Assembly (NCBI RefSeq): GCF_001194135.2
Contig: NC_068985.1
Location: 35,897,153-35,961,152 of the forward strand
Direction of reading: 5' to 3'
DNA from: Octopus bimaculoides
Taxonomy: Eukaryota
DNA length: 64,000 bases
Shown here: piece by piece, positions 27,301-37,999 of the stretch
Numbering within the stretch: position 1 is the stretch's first letter
Layout: each line of letters begins with the position of its first letter
Notes under the pieces: model-generated
Databases searched by the model: none
What the model was told of the DNA's origin: nothing
What the model saw: only the letters and a program-made list of their open reading frames with translations
Position numbers and translations under genes: made by a program

Positions 27301-30300
27301 ACATTGACATTGTAGGGTGTGACATGTTCAATACTGTGTATGCTCTCCCTGGGTGTTCAAAATGGCCATACACCGTTCGTACACGGAGTGCATGAGGTGG
27401 TTCACAAAAGCCAGTGGCACCTGTGCCCACACCCTGAGGAAAGCTGCCTCCAGTTCCACATGAGTTGTTGGCCTTGGGACCACCTGGTTCAGTCAGCACT
27501 GGATTTCATCCCACTGGAGTTCAATTGGGTTCAAATCTTGGTTGAGAGCTGGCCACGGCATGGTTCTGATGTTGTGCTGATGCAGGAAGTCCATAGTGAC
27601 CCTGGCCATGTGGGAGGGAGCATTGTCCTGCTGGAACACATGGCTATGGTAACGTGTGAAGAAGGGCACGATGTGAGGTCTTAGGATCTGGTCAACATAG
27701 TGCTGTGCTGTGATACCACTCCCTCTGCCTGCACCAACATTTTGGAACACATGGGGCCCAATTCTCTGATTCAGGTATATAGCACCCCAAACCATGGTGC
27801 TTTGGACACCCCATGCATCTCTCTCTGTGACACATGCATCTTTGTAGCATTCACCCCTCCTAGGTCACACCCTCACTCTGCCATCTGAGGTAGAAATGCA
27901 CTACTGGCTCTTGTCAGAGAAGACTATTGACCTCCATTGTTGGTACTGTGTAGCCCACTGTAGTCATGCGTGATGGTGGTGGGCAGTAAGGACAGGCCCT
28001 TGAGCATGATGATAGCAATGCAGGTTGTTGGCGGACAGTTGACGTTATACCATGTTGTGACTGATGGGTCACTGTTCAGTGCCAATGATCTCATGAGCTG
28101 TCACACTGGCCAGTTCAAAGTGATCACAGAGGTGTTGCAGGTGGATGAAACAGTCCTGCCTGGGCATGGTCACCCAGGGGCGCCCTCTGCGGGCATGGTC
28201 TGCAGTACTGTTGGTCTTGTTGTATCACTGCTGCAGGCAATAGATGGTGCTGACATGGACATTATAAGCTTTTGCAACAACCAGAGTATGCTGTCCTGCT
28301 TGCAATTGGCCAATAGCATGTTCTCTCTATGCTGCTGACAATCAGGTTGTGCATGATGCATCCAAATTACAAATGCCAGGAACATGGTTCAAGTTGATTT
28401 ATACCCATAACCTCCATGAGATGCATGTGCGTTTTGGTTTTTATGACAATTGTTTGCAACTGCCACCCACTGCATTCAATGCAGCTGTGTTTTGGCGTCT
28501 CATTTCAGGGAAAGTTGAAAGGTTACCTACAATTTGGGTCTCAGCCATAAACAGCAAGTCTTGGAATATTTACACTTATATCCTTGAAATAAATTTTCAG
28601 AATTTACCATATAAAAATGACATGAAAAAATTGTGTTTCTTTTGTGGTTCAGTGTATATTTAGAAAATACATAAACTCTAAGCACAATTTAGAAGTCATA
28701 CAACAAAATCAAAACCTTAAGGCGACTCTTGAAATGATTATTATGTAGTTAAATAAAAATAATCTTAACTGTTCCAGGGTCATGGGAACTCTGCCAGTCT
28801 ACCTTCTCACCACTTGTCACATCCTCTTCAAGTAACTCATAACCTCATATTACCTCTTACCTCAATCACCTACCTCTCTAAAAGAATGAAACAGAAAGTA
28901 GAAGAACTGTTTTCTGCTATATTATAGCCTAACAAGTAATGTTAGGCAGTGATACAGTATTGGTGTTCAGCAAAGAAACTTCTACATATTGTATGACCTG
29001 CTGGAAACAGCAGTCATATCTTCTTCAAAATACAAATACACCTCCATCTTAAGTAAGGGATGTATTGGACAATGTAATTCCTGATATATAAAATATTAAA
29101 AAAAGCGATGTTTACAACTGGAATGCCTTTCATTATAGATTTGGTTCATCAGAACTGATATGGGACTAAGCAATTAACCAAGTCAATGAAGAAAGATTTC
29201 TGTGTGGTCACTTGAGCAACTAAAATAGCAGCCAAATTTCCTTATTCAGGCTCACAACATATGAATACAGTGCAATATAATTTCTTTTTCTCAACAGGCC
29301 CTGCACTAATTAACCCTGTGCTAATTAGCATTATTCCAAAAGAAATCAAAAAAGAAAAAAAAATCCCATCACCTTCAAATAATACCTGGACCTTGAACAC
29401 ATCTCAGCCAACAACAACTCCCTACTTGAATAGAACATGATACTACAAAATTTGATTTAAAAATAACTTAACTGATCCTATCAGGTGGTGCTATTAAGTT
29501 AGATATGGCTTGGGCCAATGTTTGGCTGAAACATGTCTAAGTTTATCAAGTTTAAGTCACCACATTCAAAATTTTTAAACGACACATTAAAAAACGTACT
29601 CCATTATATTACAAAAATACAAGACACATAATACATGATAGAAAACAGACACATGATGGAAAATTGTTCCAGCATACTCTTGCCTGACTCATGCAAGTAT
29701 GGAAAAGTACATGTTAAAATAATGATGCATGCATGCATACATACATACATTACATTACATAAACTCTGTGCAGTGGTACTCTCAGTGCTTATAACAGAAA
29801 ATAACATTAAACTTTAGCACCTGAGTATTCCACTTTAGAATGAAAAAATGTTTTCTTTAGCAATCAAGTCTCAGTTACTACTCATTTGTTCAAGAATATA
29901 ACATCAAAAAGAAGATGGATGTTAGCACGAGGTTGAAAGTTAAGTTTATTTAAGGAAAAGTACTGGAGGTTAAAAACACAATTCTAATGTTATTAAGACA
30001 GTGGCATTACATTTGACTGCAAAGTGGAATAGTTGCTCTCAAAATACCAGCTTCAACAATTCATACAGATAATCAAAGATATAAAAGTAGTCTATCCAAT
30101 TTAGTATGTAAAATCAAATGTAAATAAAGTAAAAGAAAATTTCTACAGAAAGACCATAAGATTGGATTATGAAGAAAAGTTAGCAAATTTATTCATCAAT
30201 TTAATTTTTGATATCATCAAAAGAACAGGAGAAACAAAGTTTTAAATATGAACTACAGGCTGGCTAGCTATTTTGCAGAAATGAGAATTCAACAGAGCAA

Positions 30301-33290
30301 TTTATACAGAGAAACTTCAAAGAATGGAAACTACAATTTCCTGTAATTCAGAGCACCTCATAGTCCAAGTAGACAAAATAGAAAGAATGTTGCTCCAGAG
30401 GATGGTAAGGCAGATGTGCTGGAACAGCTACTCTGACTCATGGGGCTCACACTTGCAGATAGCCATCTCTGCCCTGATAGCAGTAAGCAAGGATATGGTC
30501 TGGGCACAAAGAATGCTGGAGGCCTCCACTGCTACAGGCTTGACCATAAATCCAACAGAGAGTAATTGATACCTTGACAGTTTGCTTTTCTCAGCCTGAT
30601 GAGCAGTGGAGCCAGGGGTGGTAGTTGAACACACCAAGTTACTACTGGAGAAGGTGTCACAGCATGAGACATCCCAGAGGAGATGCTACAAAATGGGAAA
30701 ATTGTCATACCATCAGGCCTTTTATTGCCCCTTCAGTCTAGCCCCACTGGTTCAAGCTGTAAAGGGAAGCCTATGGTATCTAGGCCATACTTTATGATCT
30801 TGTTAAAGGCAGTATGACACAGGAGATGACCAGTGCTATGACAGCATGACTGTGGCATTCATAAGGCGCACAGATTTGGAAGTCAAGCCTCAGGGAAATG
30901 CTAATGTGCAGACAGTCACTAGGAAGCTGAGTGCCAATCATGAGTGATGGTACCACATTGAGACAGGCTCCATTGTGAGGCTTGGATGCAGAGCAGAAAC
31001 ATGCCAGACAGTGCCGGTCAAGTCGGTACACTAACTTGTCTGAGTCTCACAATCTGTTAGAGATAGTGCTGCCTTTCTGCATACTTTTCCCTACAGGTGC
31101 TGATTTTCAACTCTTAAGGCCAAATATTAGCTGCATTGTTCTGACTGATCTCATTGAACCTACAAAAGCTATGGGTACAGCCATTTGCTCCAGATCACTG
31201 GTTCTCAACTTTTGAACTTAGTAACTCCATTTTACAGACACTCCTCCCCATGTTTCTCAGAAAAAAAAAAAATCCAAATTATTTTAAATAAACAAAAGCT
31301 CATTTTGTGCAGTGGTCTACTATCCTTATGCTCTTATACTACCCTATTCAGCATGTGCCTTATTTTAGATATTTGCATTGACTGGTGTCACCGATTCTTT
31401 AAAAAATCCAGTTATACTGGACTTTAGCACATCATCAATCGTATTCTTAGTCACTGATAACACAATGTCCTAATTCATATTCTAATCACAACAAAGAATA
31501 TTTTAAAAATATGTTTACAATATAAGGATTGTACTTGGTTTAAATATCTTACTTCTATAAAAATCTCAGTCTTTCTAAACATCAAGTATCTACCCTACAC
31601 ACTGTTTTCTTGCGAGCTCACAATGCCCTGAAGGGGGTGCTGCTTCTAAGGTTAAGAACCACTACTTCAGACCATTCCAAAAAGAAAAAAGCATAATCTC
31701 ATTTGGAGTAGTATTTCATCCTAGAAAGAATTCTACTGAGAAGTATTAGATATTACAAAATATATATATCTAAATCTAAAATTCTTTGTGTTTTTTCTCT
31801 CATTAGACATATCAACCTCTGGATATCATATCAACATTATATCAATATAGTCATTCTTATCCTCATGAACATTTTATCTATGATTGTTAACTTTATTTCC
31901 TCAAAGTCCAGTCTTGCTTTAGTTATTATCTCTGACCAGCACCTTATCAAGCCTAATTTTGTTATACTTTGCTCAGTCAGTTTCTGTTTTTCTTCTTTTT
32001 ATTTATTTATTGTTAACATAATTTAGTCAGGAGGAAAGTAGCCCCAATAATCTTTCTCAGGATTTCATTTACTGGCAGGAGAAAGTTATTCTCAGATGGT
32101 GCCAAAAGGCTCAAATACTTACACCAGAGGGGAGTTCCACTAAACATCCAAGACATAGGTGGAGGTATTGAAACCAGGTGATGGTTCGGTCTACCACCCA
32201 ATAACATGGATAGTCCCACCAGCTGACTTTCACAGTTTCCATTTACTAAATTTAACTTACAAGGCTTTGGGCAATCCAAAGATATGGTAAACAAGACGTG
32301 ACAAGAAAAATTTTCTCTCATATATAAAAAGAATATCTGTCATTGAAACTACTAATTTTACTCCTTAGGCTATCTGCTTAGCAAGGATTAATTGGGTCAT
32401 CTAGATAAATGAACTTAATCTAAGGAACCATTCACATATCATACTGAGTTGGTAGATTTAATGTCTCATTCCCTGTCAGTCTGTAATTGCACTATATCTC
32501 TAATGCTTCAATTAGTTGATTAATCTAAATTATACTGAGGTCCTGCTCACTTTTCTTAGAATTGACCAAAGGCATTTCTCTAACACTAATAAACTAAATG
32601 ACTCTTTTGTACTCAACGTTTCTACTTTCATTTCTTTGAATAAAGCTCTTTATTCTCTATTTTCAGTCGTTTTCTTAATACACAATGTCTTAATGCATAC
32701 TAGTATGTATCTTGCAGGTTCCTTGAACCTGCCCTTTAATAGTTGATTATATAATAGAATATACAAGGTTTTGAGAGAGGAGAACTTTTCATTTGTGATG
32801 TGAGATAATTAATAGACCTCTTCCTTCTACTATATATTGCAAATTGGTTGGTACTAGTATGGTCCACACCATAAAGTAAGTCTGTTTTTGTTCTTATATA
32901 AATACTCCAAGATCCGCAAAACCTTAAATTATTGGTATTACCAGATAAACAAAAGGCTTGATGCTCATTTTTCACAGTAAGAATAACTTTCAAGGGTGCA
33001 CCTTCCACTGCTTATTGAATAAGAATTTATTGATATGAATTTTATTACATATAACACATATAAACTAAGTGCAAAGTATTTGTGGCTTGTCGGTAAGTAA
33101 CGTTTAAAAAGTGAACGTTAAGAAATATGTAATTATGAAGTATTAGGAGATGACAAACAGAAATACCAGCCAAAGGTTAGATCTTTAAAATGTTATAAAA
33201 AACACTCCAAAAGTAGAAAAATGATAGCGTGAACTAAATGAAGTTAAGAAGCTTCTGATGGCTTAATTTAAATGCGGATTATATTAAACA

Positions 33291-33370
<80 letters not shown>

Positions 33371-33419
33371 NNNNNNNNNNNNNNNNNNNNNNNNNNNNNN
33401 NNNNNNNNNNNNNNNNNNN

Positions 33420-33483
<64 letters not shown>

Positions 33484-34028
33484 GTGTGTATGGGAACTTT
33501 GCAAAAAAAGAAAAAAAATTAGATGCTGAAAGAATATCGCAGAGAGCAAATAGCTTGCATGTACATTAGCTCTACGCTATATGATACGGGTGGCTAGTAA
33601 ATAAGCTGACGTGAACGAAAGGGTTAAAAATATTACCACAGTAAGATGAAAAAAATATAAATCCTTTAAGCAAAGGAAGAGAAATCTAGTGATTGAAGGA
33701 AACACGATCCAACGAAATCTTCACGCTGTCGTTCAACCTGCTAGAAATAACAGTCTGAACTCCCTCAAATCACACGCAACAGTCTTTAAAGGGACTTGTT
33801 GGATAACATGGAACTTAAGAAAAAGACGTGACTCAAGAAAAAAAATTAGATAGTCACGGTTGGAATGTTTTTGATTATAGGCCTGCTCGATTAGAAGTGA
33901 CATGAGGATAAACAATCCTGGACCAACAAAGCAGCATATTTGCTCACTCTGCTAGAAATACCAGCCAATTAACCCTCAAACCACACTCTAGTCTCATTAA
34001 AATAGGATAAAGTGGTCTTGAACGCTCT

Positions 34029-34063
<35 letters not shown>

Positions 34064-36174
34064 GAGAAAGAAAGAGGGAAAGAGAGAAAGAAAGAAAGAA
34101 AGGTTATCTTGGTTGGAATGCTATTGCTCAGAACTGATCTAAGGCAGAACAACTAACTAATGAAGGAGGCTCGACCTACAAGAAACTGCGATCNNNNNNN
34201 NNNNNNNNNNNNNNNNNNNNNNNNNNNNNNNNNNNNNNNNNNNNNNNNNNNNNNNNNNNNNNNNNNNNNNNNNNNNNNNNNNNNNNNNNNNNNNNNNNNN
34301 NNNNNNNNNNNNNNNNNNNNNNNNNNNNNNNNNNNNNNNNNNNNNNNNNNNNNNNNNNNNNNNNNNNNNNNNNNNNNNNNNNNNNNNNNNNNNNNNNNNN
34401 NNNNNNNNNNNNNNNNNNNNNNNNNNNNNNNNNNNNNNNNNNNNNNNNNNNNNNNNNNNNNNNNNNNNNNNNNNNNNNNNNNNNNNNNNNNNNNNNNNNN
34501 NNNNNNNNNNNNNNNNNNNNNNNNNNNNNNNNNNNNNNNNNNNNNNNNNNNNNNNNNNNNNNNNNNNNNNNNNNNNNNNNNNNNNNNNNNNNNNNNNNNN
34601 NNNNNNNNNNNNNNNNNNNNNNNNNNNNNNNNNNNNNNNNNNNNNNNNNNNNNNNNNNNNNNNNNNNNNNNNNNNNNNNNNNNNNNNNNNNNNNNNNNNN
34701 NNNNNNNNNNNNNNNNNNNNNNNNNNTATATATATATATATATTACAATAAAATATAACTGGTGACGAATATCTTTCTTATAATTGCGTGTAAAATTAGC
34801 TCCAGTTGAAGTAAACGTTCAGCTCGGAGATTAACTGATTTAGATTATTGATGATTTCAGAGGAATTCGAAGGCGGGGAGAATCCAAATTTAATGATTAC
34901 CAAAGCTACATCCCCTGAAGGAGAAACCACCCATTAGCAATGCAAATCGATACGTGATTGATATAATAGTTTGGGCAAGTATTAGTCATCACATTCATTA
35001 AAAAAAAAAAAGAAGAGCTGAATTGGATGCTATTATCTAATTCATTCACAAGCAAAAACATTGTTCATGACCATTGAAGTTAGGGTTACATAAGCGTTAA
35101 TGTACAATTCTTATTCCAGCTCGAGGCACCGGCTCTTAATACCAATCACTTGAAAGATAACGAGGAAATTCCACGTAGTTAGTCAACCAACTAGAAATAG
35201 CAGCCAAATTTCCCTTAAATCCCATCCCATCGCCTTAAGAAATATCTCAAATTGATATTGTAGTATTGGAATACATAGTCTCTATAAAACAAAAAAAGTG
35301 AGGCGATTATGGATGGATAGATGCATTGATCACAGTTCTATTTAATCGATGCTGAAATAGACAAAACAAGTTACGAAGATACACATGATAGATGGGCTGT
35401 TCACCTCTGTATATCTTTTAGAAAACATCACGCTTTAGCATGTTAAACATATACATATTTATTTATACACACTCATATAGTAAGTGAACATTGTTTATAA
35501 CAAACGGGAAGAGTACTCAATGCGAGACAGAGTATAATTATATTTGTCAGCTGTCTAATGTCTCTACATGAAATTTCAACATACCTCGATCGGTTCAGTT
35601 ATCGCTGATCTATGTTATGTTATTGTTTTGCTCTATGCTAACCCTGGTGGAGCAGATCAATGATCAAAGCGTTCCAGCCATGAACATCTCATCTAATTTT
35701 CAGACAATGCATCAAGAATATAATCAAAATTGTCTCCCTACTACTTTTAAGATGGTAGGGTATGATTTAAGGAATTTGGATGCGTTTTGCAACAAAATAG
35801 ATGTTTTTTGTTGGATCGACGTTGATATGTGTGTGTGTGCGCGCGTGTGTACTCGCATAGTGGAATATCAGGCATAAAGATGTGCACTTATGTGGGAATC
35901 AAGTTCAATGTCGGACCTTATTGGTTACTATGTCCCTTTATTCTTACATTACATCTATCATGAATATAGTGTGAATAAACGGCGATATGACATCGAAAAT
36001 ATTTACAGTTGTTAATACTAAAAGCAAGAAGATAAATCGCCTTCTCTAAGCCTCTTATATAGTAAACTAGAAGGGCACGGCATTTTCAGCACAAATAAGA
36101 GGCACAGAAAAATTGGTAGCTATTTTACATCACTTACCGGTGATGATACCAGTAGCAATCGTTTGTCCACTCAT
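6864..36174 (-). CDS. PDX1: Pyridoxal 5'-phosphate synthase, synthase subunit (PDX1/SNZ/PdxS family; not the homeobox PDX1). 7 coding exons, 972 nt, 323 aa
   Basis: Hand-spliced join on - strand: 36174-36138, 15138-15038, 13726-13646, 13353-13233, 10466-10320, 8224-8042, 7165-6864. All six introns are GT-AG with consistent phases (1,0,0,1,1,1) and no internal stop. Signature motifs: [96 protein letters not shown]. Confidence 0.97.
7410..7735 (+). mobile_element. tRNA-derived SINE (another family) in PDX1 intron 6
   Basis: GCATGGCTCAATGGTTAG... tRNA-like head followed by ...GTGTTCTTGAGCATGACACTTTATT... Confidence 0.6.
8042..8224 (-). CDS. PDX1: PDX1 exon 6 (GDVSEAVRH...[11 protein letters not shown])
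   Basis: tctttgtgctttgcag acceptor, ATTG|gtaagt donor, 183 nt. Confidence 0.96.
10320..10466 (-). CDS. PDX1: PDX1 exon 5 ([13 protein letters not shown]...[20 protein letters not shown])
   Basis: tccttctgttctag acceptor, ACAG|gtacag donor; contains the second catalytic Lys in IRTKGE. Confidence 0.96.
10690..10965 (-). mobile_element. RTE-3'UTR-derived short repeat with (CAT/GAT)n end, family D
   Basis: GTGGTTGGCGTTGGGAAGGGCATCCAGCTGTAGAAACTCTGCC...GTTAAATGATGATG. Other copies at ~37065-37215, 45900-46320, 56940-57120, 61075-61430, 62005-62190 and 63170-63320. Confidence 0.8.
12105..12285 (+). mobile_element. SINE family A copy in PDX1 intron 4
   Basis: GCTGGCAGAAATGTTAGCACACCGGGCGAAATGCTTAGCGG...GAGTACAAATTCC...CTTTCATCCTTTCGGG. 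Confidence 0.85.
13233..13353 (-). CDS. PDX1: PDX1 exon 4 ([40 protein letters not shown])
   Basis: ttttcctttgaag acceptor, GAAG|gtaaat donor; contains the catalytic Lys in MAKARIG. Confidence 0.95.
13646..13726 (-). CDS. PDX1: PDX1 exon 3 ([27 protein letters not shown])
   Basis: tttatttcatag acceptor, TTG|gtaagt donor, 81 nt in frame. Confidence 0.96.
14420..14940 (-). mobile_element. tRNA-derived SINE, family B (CORE-like ACCTTGGGCAAGTG block, internal TA/TG microsatellite), interrupted by an N gap
   Basis: Homologous copies at ~9600-9745(+), 48630-49030(-) and 59810-60120(+). Confidence 0.85.
15038..15138 (-). CDS. PDX1: PDX1 exon 2 ([34 protein letters not shown])
   Basis: tttttactag acceptor, GGA|gtaagt donor; contains the catalytic Asp motif MDV. 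Confidence 0.96.
18085..18155 (+). repeat. G-rich 21-bp tandem repeat, ~3 copies
   Basis: GGAGGAGGAGTCGGAGGTGGG x3. Confidence 0.9.
20150..20530 (+). mobile_element. mariner transposase 5' fragment, truncated by a LINE
   Basis: [24 protein letters not shown]...[21 protein letters not shown]...KVCA matches the mariner HTH region; contains stops. Confidence 0.7.
20540..24335 (+). mobile_element. Near full-length, degenerate CR1/L2-group LINE (ORF1 remnant, APE endonuclease, RT) inside PDX1 intron 1
   Basis: Endonuclease motifs [40 protein letters not shown] (ORF 21309-22046). RT motifs [16 protein letters not shown] and [11 protein letters not shown] (~23130-23340). C-terminal [11 protein letters not shown]...LLETVQR. 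Ends in an ATT-like tail. Many frameshifts. Confidence 0.9.
24338..24905. mobile_element. Three adjacent SINE family A copies in alternating orientation (+,-,+)
   Basis: Copies at ~24338-24512, ~24527-24697 and ~24716-24905, joined by (ATT)n spacers directly after the LINE tail. Confidence 0.85.
25460..26366 (-). mobile_element. Internally deleted mariner element
   Basis: TA|CGAGGTGATATCAAAAGGTTGCCAGACTA at 25458, with a related inverted end near 26345-26366. The - strand reads [28 protein letters not shown] (mariner YSPDLAPxD motif). Confidence 0.85.
27134..28654 (-). mobile_element. Full-length but frameshifted Tc1 (DD34E) transposon
   Basis: TIRs CACTGAA..AAAAGAAACAC at both ends, flanked by TA TSDs (27132-33 and 28655-56). 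Transposase pieces: HAIGQLQAG...RRGRPWVT and FQQDNAPSH...[13 protein letters not shown], with 34 residues between D and E. Confidence 0.92.
30270..31050 (+). mobile_element. Highly degenerate non-LTR retrotransposon RT remnant
   Basis: ...[28 protein letters not shown] resembles the post-YADD RT segment (LQxML...GLxINxxK). It is GC-richer than the flanks, and no clean catalytic motif survives. Confidence 0.35.
31196..31664. mobile_element. Old hAT (Charlie-like) MITE
   Basis: Imperfect TIRs CACTGGTTCTCAAC / GTTAAGAACCACTA; 8-bp flanks CTCCAGAT / CTTCAGAC match at 6 of 8 positions. Confidence 0.5.
33290..33480. repeat. (TG)n(GA)n microsatellite spanning an N gap; other arrays at 15319-15390 (GA), 36790-36927 (TA/TG), 6589-6630 (polyA) and 61706-61770 (ATT)
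   Basis: Read directly; these arrays explain the low-complexity ORFs in the track. Confidence 0.95.
34194..34726. other. Assembly gap (others: 14575-14763, 33371-33419, 36928-37053, 51463-51874, 52555-52653)
   Basis: Runs of N. Confidence 0.99.
36138..36174 (-). CDS. PDX1: PDX1 exon 1 coding part ([13 protein letters not shown])
   Basis: ATG at 36174-36172, 37 nt, then CCG|GTAAGT donor. The phase-1 end joins exon 2 (GA ACC TTC) to give ...[12 protein letters not shown] CpG-richer promoter-like stretch lies just upstream (~36180-36420). No homologue alignment fixes this short exon, so it is the least certain of the seven. Confidence 0.8.
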
Positions 36175-36785
36175 ACCAGGAATTTAAGGTAGTTGCGATA
36201 AAACGTAGAGGCAGCTGATAAACAGGATCGCTCTTGCTTCGTGAGCTTCGCCGGGATTGAACGAATCTGGTTAAGAGAGACACCTATTAAAGCAAGACCG
36301 ACAGTCAGACAAGCTGCGTGTATACGTAGAGTCACGCACGCACATGATACGTACGTCGGATTACACTTACGCATACACGCACACAGATACAGACACGTGT
36401 GCATGTTCAAGATCGAGAAGGTAGGAGAGAAAGAAATAGAAGCAGTATATATTTGGCAATATTGAACGTGATGACAAATGAGAGAGAACGGGAACAATAG
36501 TAATAGGGAGTGAGAGAGAGAGAGGAAAAGAGAAATAGAGAGACGGTTACGAAGTAGAGGAAATAGTAAGAGAAAGAAATGATGCGAGGAGAAAAGATCA
36601 ATAGATTAAAATCTGACAAAACAGGGAGAAAGCTACAGCGATAGAAAAGAGAATAAAAACTAAGTATGAAAATAGGGGTATTATATAATAAATACGACAG
36701 AAATGCGAAACTGCTGTTATGAATAAACTCCTTCCTACGCTACCACACTTTGTCTCTATCTATCTATCTATGTGTATATATGTGC

Positions 36786-36858
<73 letters not shown>

Positions 36859-37521
36859 CATATGTATATATATATATATACATACATATGTATATATATA
36901 TATATATATATACATATATATACATACNNNNNNNNNNNNNNNNNNNNNNNNNNNNNNNNNNNNNNNNNNNNNNNNNNNNNNNNNNNNNNNNNNNNNNNNN
37001 NNNNNNNNNNNNNNNNNNNNNNNNNNNNNNNNNNNNNNNNNNNNNNNNNNNNNNATATAATCATCATCATTTAACGTCCATTGTCCAAGCTGGCATGGGT
37101 TGGACGGTTTGACTGGGCTGGCACGCTTGAAGGCTGCACCAGACTCCAGTCCGATTTGGCATGGTTTTCTATGGCTGGACACCCTTCCTAACGCAAACCA
37201 CTCCGAGAGTATAATGGGTGCTATGAATGTACATATATGTATGAGCATTCATATATACAGACATATATGTATATGTGGATGTATGTATGCATTTTTTGTA
37301 CGTCGTCATCATCATCATCTAACATCCATTCTACATGCTGACAGGAGCTAGGCAGTTGGAGAGCTGCTCTGGCATCATTTGTCTATTTTGGCATAGTTTC
37401 TGCAGCTGGATACCCTTCCTAACGTCAACCACTTTACAGAATGTACCAGGTAGTAATGTGGCACTGGCTCAGGCACATGTGACACTGCACAGGCAACTTT
37501 ACAGTACAGGTGCTTTTAGTG

Positions 37522-37905
37522 GAAGCGTAATGGCCCAGTGGTTAGGGTAGCGGACTCGCGGTCATAAGATCGTGGTTTCGATTCCCAGACCGGGCGTTGT
37601 GAGTGTTTATTGAGCGAAAACACCTAAAAGCTCCACGAGGCTCTGGCAGGGGATGGTGGCGAACCCTACTGTACTCTTTCACCAAACTTTCTCTCACTCT
37701 TACTTCCTGTTTCTGGTGTGCCTGTAATTCAAAGGGTCAGCCTTGTCACACTGTGTCACGCTGAATATCCCTGAGAACTATGTTAAGGGTACACGTGTCT
37801 GTGGAGTGCTCGGCCACTTGCACGTTAATTTCACGAGCAGGCTATTCCGTTGATTGGACCAACTGGAACCCTCGACGTCGTAAGCGACGGAGTGCCAACA
37901 ACATG
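37522..37905 (+). mobile_element. tRNA-derived SINE, family C; a second headless copy lies at 58587-58835 (-)
   Basis: tRNA-like head GGAAGCGTAATGGCCCAGTGGTTAGG...GGTTTCGATTCC with A/B boxes; body ...GTGCAAGTGGC..AGCACTCCAC... shared with the 58.6-kb copy. Confidence 0.8.
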
Positions 37906-37999
37906 GGTGTTTTTTTATGACCCCAGCACCTGCGATCTCGCAAGAGTAGCATCTCTCAGCTGAGAGAGGAACGTAGAGGACATGCCTGTTTTATTTGGT

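Noticed and set aside
32736-33008. 90-aa - strand ORF in non-repetitive-looking sequence of PDX1 intron 1
   Set aside because: No domain similarity or splice support; probably a chance ORF.
33268-37248. ORFs with poly-ER, poly-SL, poly-YI and X runs (also 14523-14825, 15262-15465, 51400-51971)
   Set aside because: They are translations of microsatellites and N gaps.
37522-37600. tRNA-like sequence with A/B boxes
   Set aside because: No proper acceptor stem, and it continues into a repeat body; this is a SINE head, not a tRNA. The same applies to family A and B heads.
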